From contig NIVC01005238.1 of NCBI GenBank assembly GCA_002269645.1, positions 1 to 18,949 on the forward strand: DNA of 18,949 bases, given 5' to 3'. The stretch comes from Macrostomum lignano (lineage: Eukaryota). Below the pieces are notes generated by a model, which ran no database searches, was not told where the DNA came from, and saw only the letters and a program-made list of their open reading frames with translations. Within the stretch, counting starts at the first letter, position 1. Every line of letters starts with the position of its first letter. Position numbers and translations under genes: made by a program. This document shows, one piece after another, positions 18,917-18,949 of this stretch.

Positions 18917-18949
18917 CTGAACAGCAAAGTAGTGTGGAAACAAGAATGT

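Overview
This is an animal (intron-containing, repeat-rich) genomic window with an alternating minus-strand array of two putative innate-immunity gene types. Type 1 is a large gene without a signal peptide that joins a stonustoxin/verrucotoxin-like (SNTX MACPF/CDC) pore-forming domain, a helical and thioredoxin-like middle region, an FN3 domain, a septin/AIG1-like P-loop GTPase and a coiled coil with a Cys/His cluster. Copy 1 spans 4814-9533 (about 1221 aa after splicing and repairing one 1-bp frameshift). Copy 2 spans 15831-18916, has several indels, and its first exon lies beyond the window. Type 2 is a small secreted WSC + PAN/Apple-like gene (12193-13285, 222 aa, second exon absent from the ORF track). 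A paralogue of it starts at the left window edge and lacks the WSC exon. Between the genes lie 20-bp and 24-bp minisatellites, two foldback elements with microsatellite loops, a Crypton-like tyrosine-recombinase remnant bounded by 23-bp inverted repeats, a tRNA-derived CORE-like SINE and a probable non-autonomous Helitron. Most frameshifts are 1-bp losses at short homopolymer runs with no nonsense codons, so long-read consensus error is a serious alternative to pseudogenisation. The overall style suggests an invertebrate, possibly a free-living flatworm such as Macrostomum, but this is an unverified guess. All identities quoted were estimated by eye.
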